Source: Phycisphaerales bacterium (GTDB lineage Bacteria > Planctomycetota > Phycisphaerae > Phycisphaerales > SM1A02). From it: a DNA stretch of 64,000 nucleotides. The stretch spans positions 1,335 to 65,334 of the forward strand of contig JAKVBV010000011.1 in the NCBI GenBank assembly GCA_022446965.1, in the 5' to 3' direction. How positions within the stretch are numbered: the first letter of the stretch is position 1; each line of letters begins with the position of its first letter. The notes under the pieces are model-generated. The model ran no database searches, was not told the origin of the DNA, and saw only the letters and a program-made list of their open reading frames with translations. Shown piece by piece: positions 63,421-64,000 of this stretch. The position numbers were made by a program, and so were the translations under genes.

Positions 63421-64000
63421 CCGACCCCAGCAACCAACGAGACCGGTATGTCCCTGAGGGCGGTGATGATCAAGTCATCGCCGTGGCCCTTCGTCGATCC
63501 TTGATCGGGCTGTTGGTGGCGGTCTGTGTGGTGGGTGTGGGCGTCGCTGTGGTGGTGCTCAGCGGCGAGGCGGAGCCCGAGCCGGTGGTGAAGGACACCA
63601 CGGCCCCCGTGGCCCTCGTGGCCGACGAGGCGATCTTGCCCGAGGTTCGATTCACAGACATCACCCGAGAGGCCGGCATCGACTTCGTGCATGTGAATGG
63701 TGCCCAGGGCGAGCGGCTCCTGCCCGAAACGATGGGGTCTGGTGCGGCATTCTTCGATGTCGACAATGACGGTGATCAAGATCTCTTGTGTGTCAATGGC
63801 ATGTGGTGGCCGCACAGTGATCGAGCCAACGAGCTGGCACCCGCCGGTGTGCTGTATCTCAACGATGGGGCGGGGTACTTCGTGGACAGCGGCTGGGGCT
63901 TGGGGCCACCGCTGCAGGGCACCGGCGTCGCCTGCGGTGATGTTGACGGCGATGGGCTGATCGATGTGTACATCGCGGCAGTCGGATCCAATCGGCTGCT
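63417..64000 (+). CDS. CRTAC1-like FG-GAP protein, N-terminal part (runs off window end)
   Basis: Own translation from GTG 63417 (GTGA overlap with the cytochrome stop). TM 'LIGLLVAVCVVGVGVAVVVL', 'FTDITREAGIDFVHVNG...GSGAAFFDVDNDGDQDLLCVNG' and 'GVACGDVDGDGLIDVYIA'. Not in the ORF track because no stop lies within the window. Confidence 0.7.
   Translation, partial: MTDPSNQRDRYVPEGGDDQVIAVALRRSLIGLLVAVCVVGVGVAVVVLSGEAEPEPVVKDTTAPVALVADEAILPEVRFTDITREAGIDFVHVNGAQGERLLPETMGSGAAFFDVDNDGDQDLLCVNGMWWPHSDRANELAPAGVLYLNDGAGYFVDSGWGLGPPLQGTGVACGDVDGDGLIDVYIAAVGSNRL

Noticed and set aside
1-64000. CRISPR arrays, IS elements/transposases, prophage or known defence-system genes
   Set aside because: I saw no regularly spaced direct repeats and no translations with transposase, integrase, nuclease-helicase or phage structural motifs. 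The only repeats found are the 10-bp tandem at 57270 and short hairpins.

Overview
This is a high-GC chromosomal segment (hand estimate about 65% GC). It is densely coding on both strands, with about 62 protein genes, one tRNA and one likely SRP RNA. I saw no rRNA, CRISPR array, transposase, integrase or prophage genes. All protein calls come from motif and architecture recognition in the supplied translations; no database search was possible.

The gene content suggests a Planctomycetota-like (possibly Phycisphaerae-like) organism, but this is inference only. The supporting signs are:
- McsA/McsB sitting next to kdsA
- many FG-GAP/ASPIC-UnbV (CRTAC1-like) lipoproteins
- dispersed nuo genes
- frequent 4-nt start/stop overlaps

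Most of the window is housekeeping: rseP, smpB, tRNA-Leu, queE, nuoC, kdsD, scpA, rluB, nuoB, purH, ribE, gluQ, mcsBA, kdsA, trpG, moaC, trpF, gltA, guaA, ffs-dnaX-ybaB-recR-rpoN, frr and pyrH.

The regions most worth a second look, in order of interest:
1. 45650-51547: a seven-gene translationally coupled ExbB-ExbD-ExbD operon. Its transducer-like partners are a TM/Pro-rich/VWA protein and unassignable helical proteins. No TonB C-terminal domain or TonB-dependent receptor is visible.
2. 53195-64000: a divergent cluster of three CRTAC1-like FG-GAP/UnbV proteins, TPR lipoproteins, a nitrilase-superfamily enzyme and a membrane-anchored pentaheme cytochrome c-TPR fusion.
3. 6609-9737: a 1042-aa protein with multiple OstA/LptA-like segments, downstream of kdsD.
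4. 41284-41292: an A9 slippery tract in dnaX, with stops close by in both alternative frames.
5. 35564-37171: an RsbW-like kinase / STAS / orphan MlaE operon.
6. 13544-14460: a roughly 0.9-kb low-GC islet carrying a Cys-rich MerC-family gene.

Many long ORFs in the supplied track are antisense shadows or N-terminal over-extensions typical of high-GC DNA. I trimmed or rejected these.
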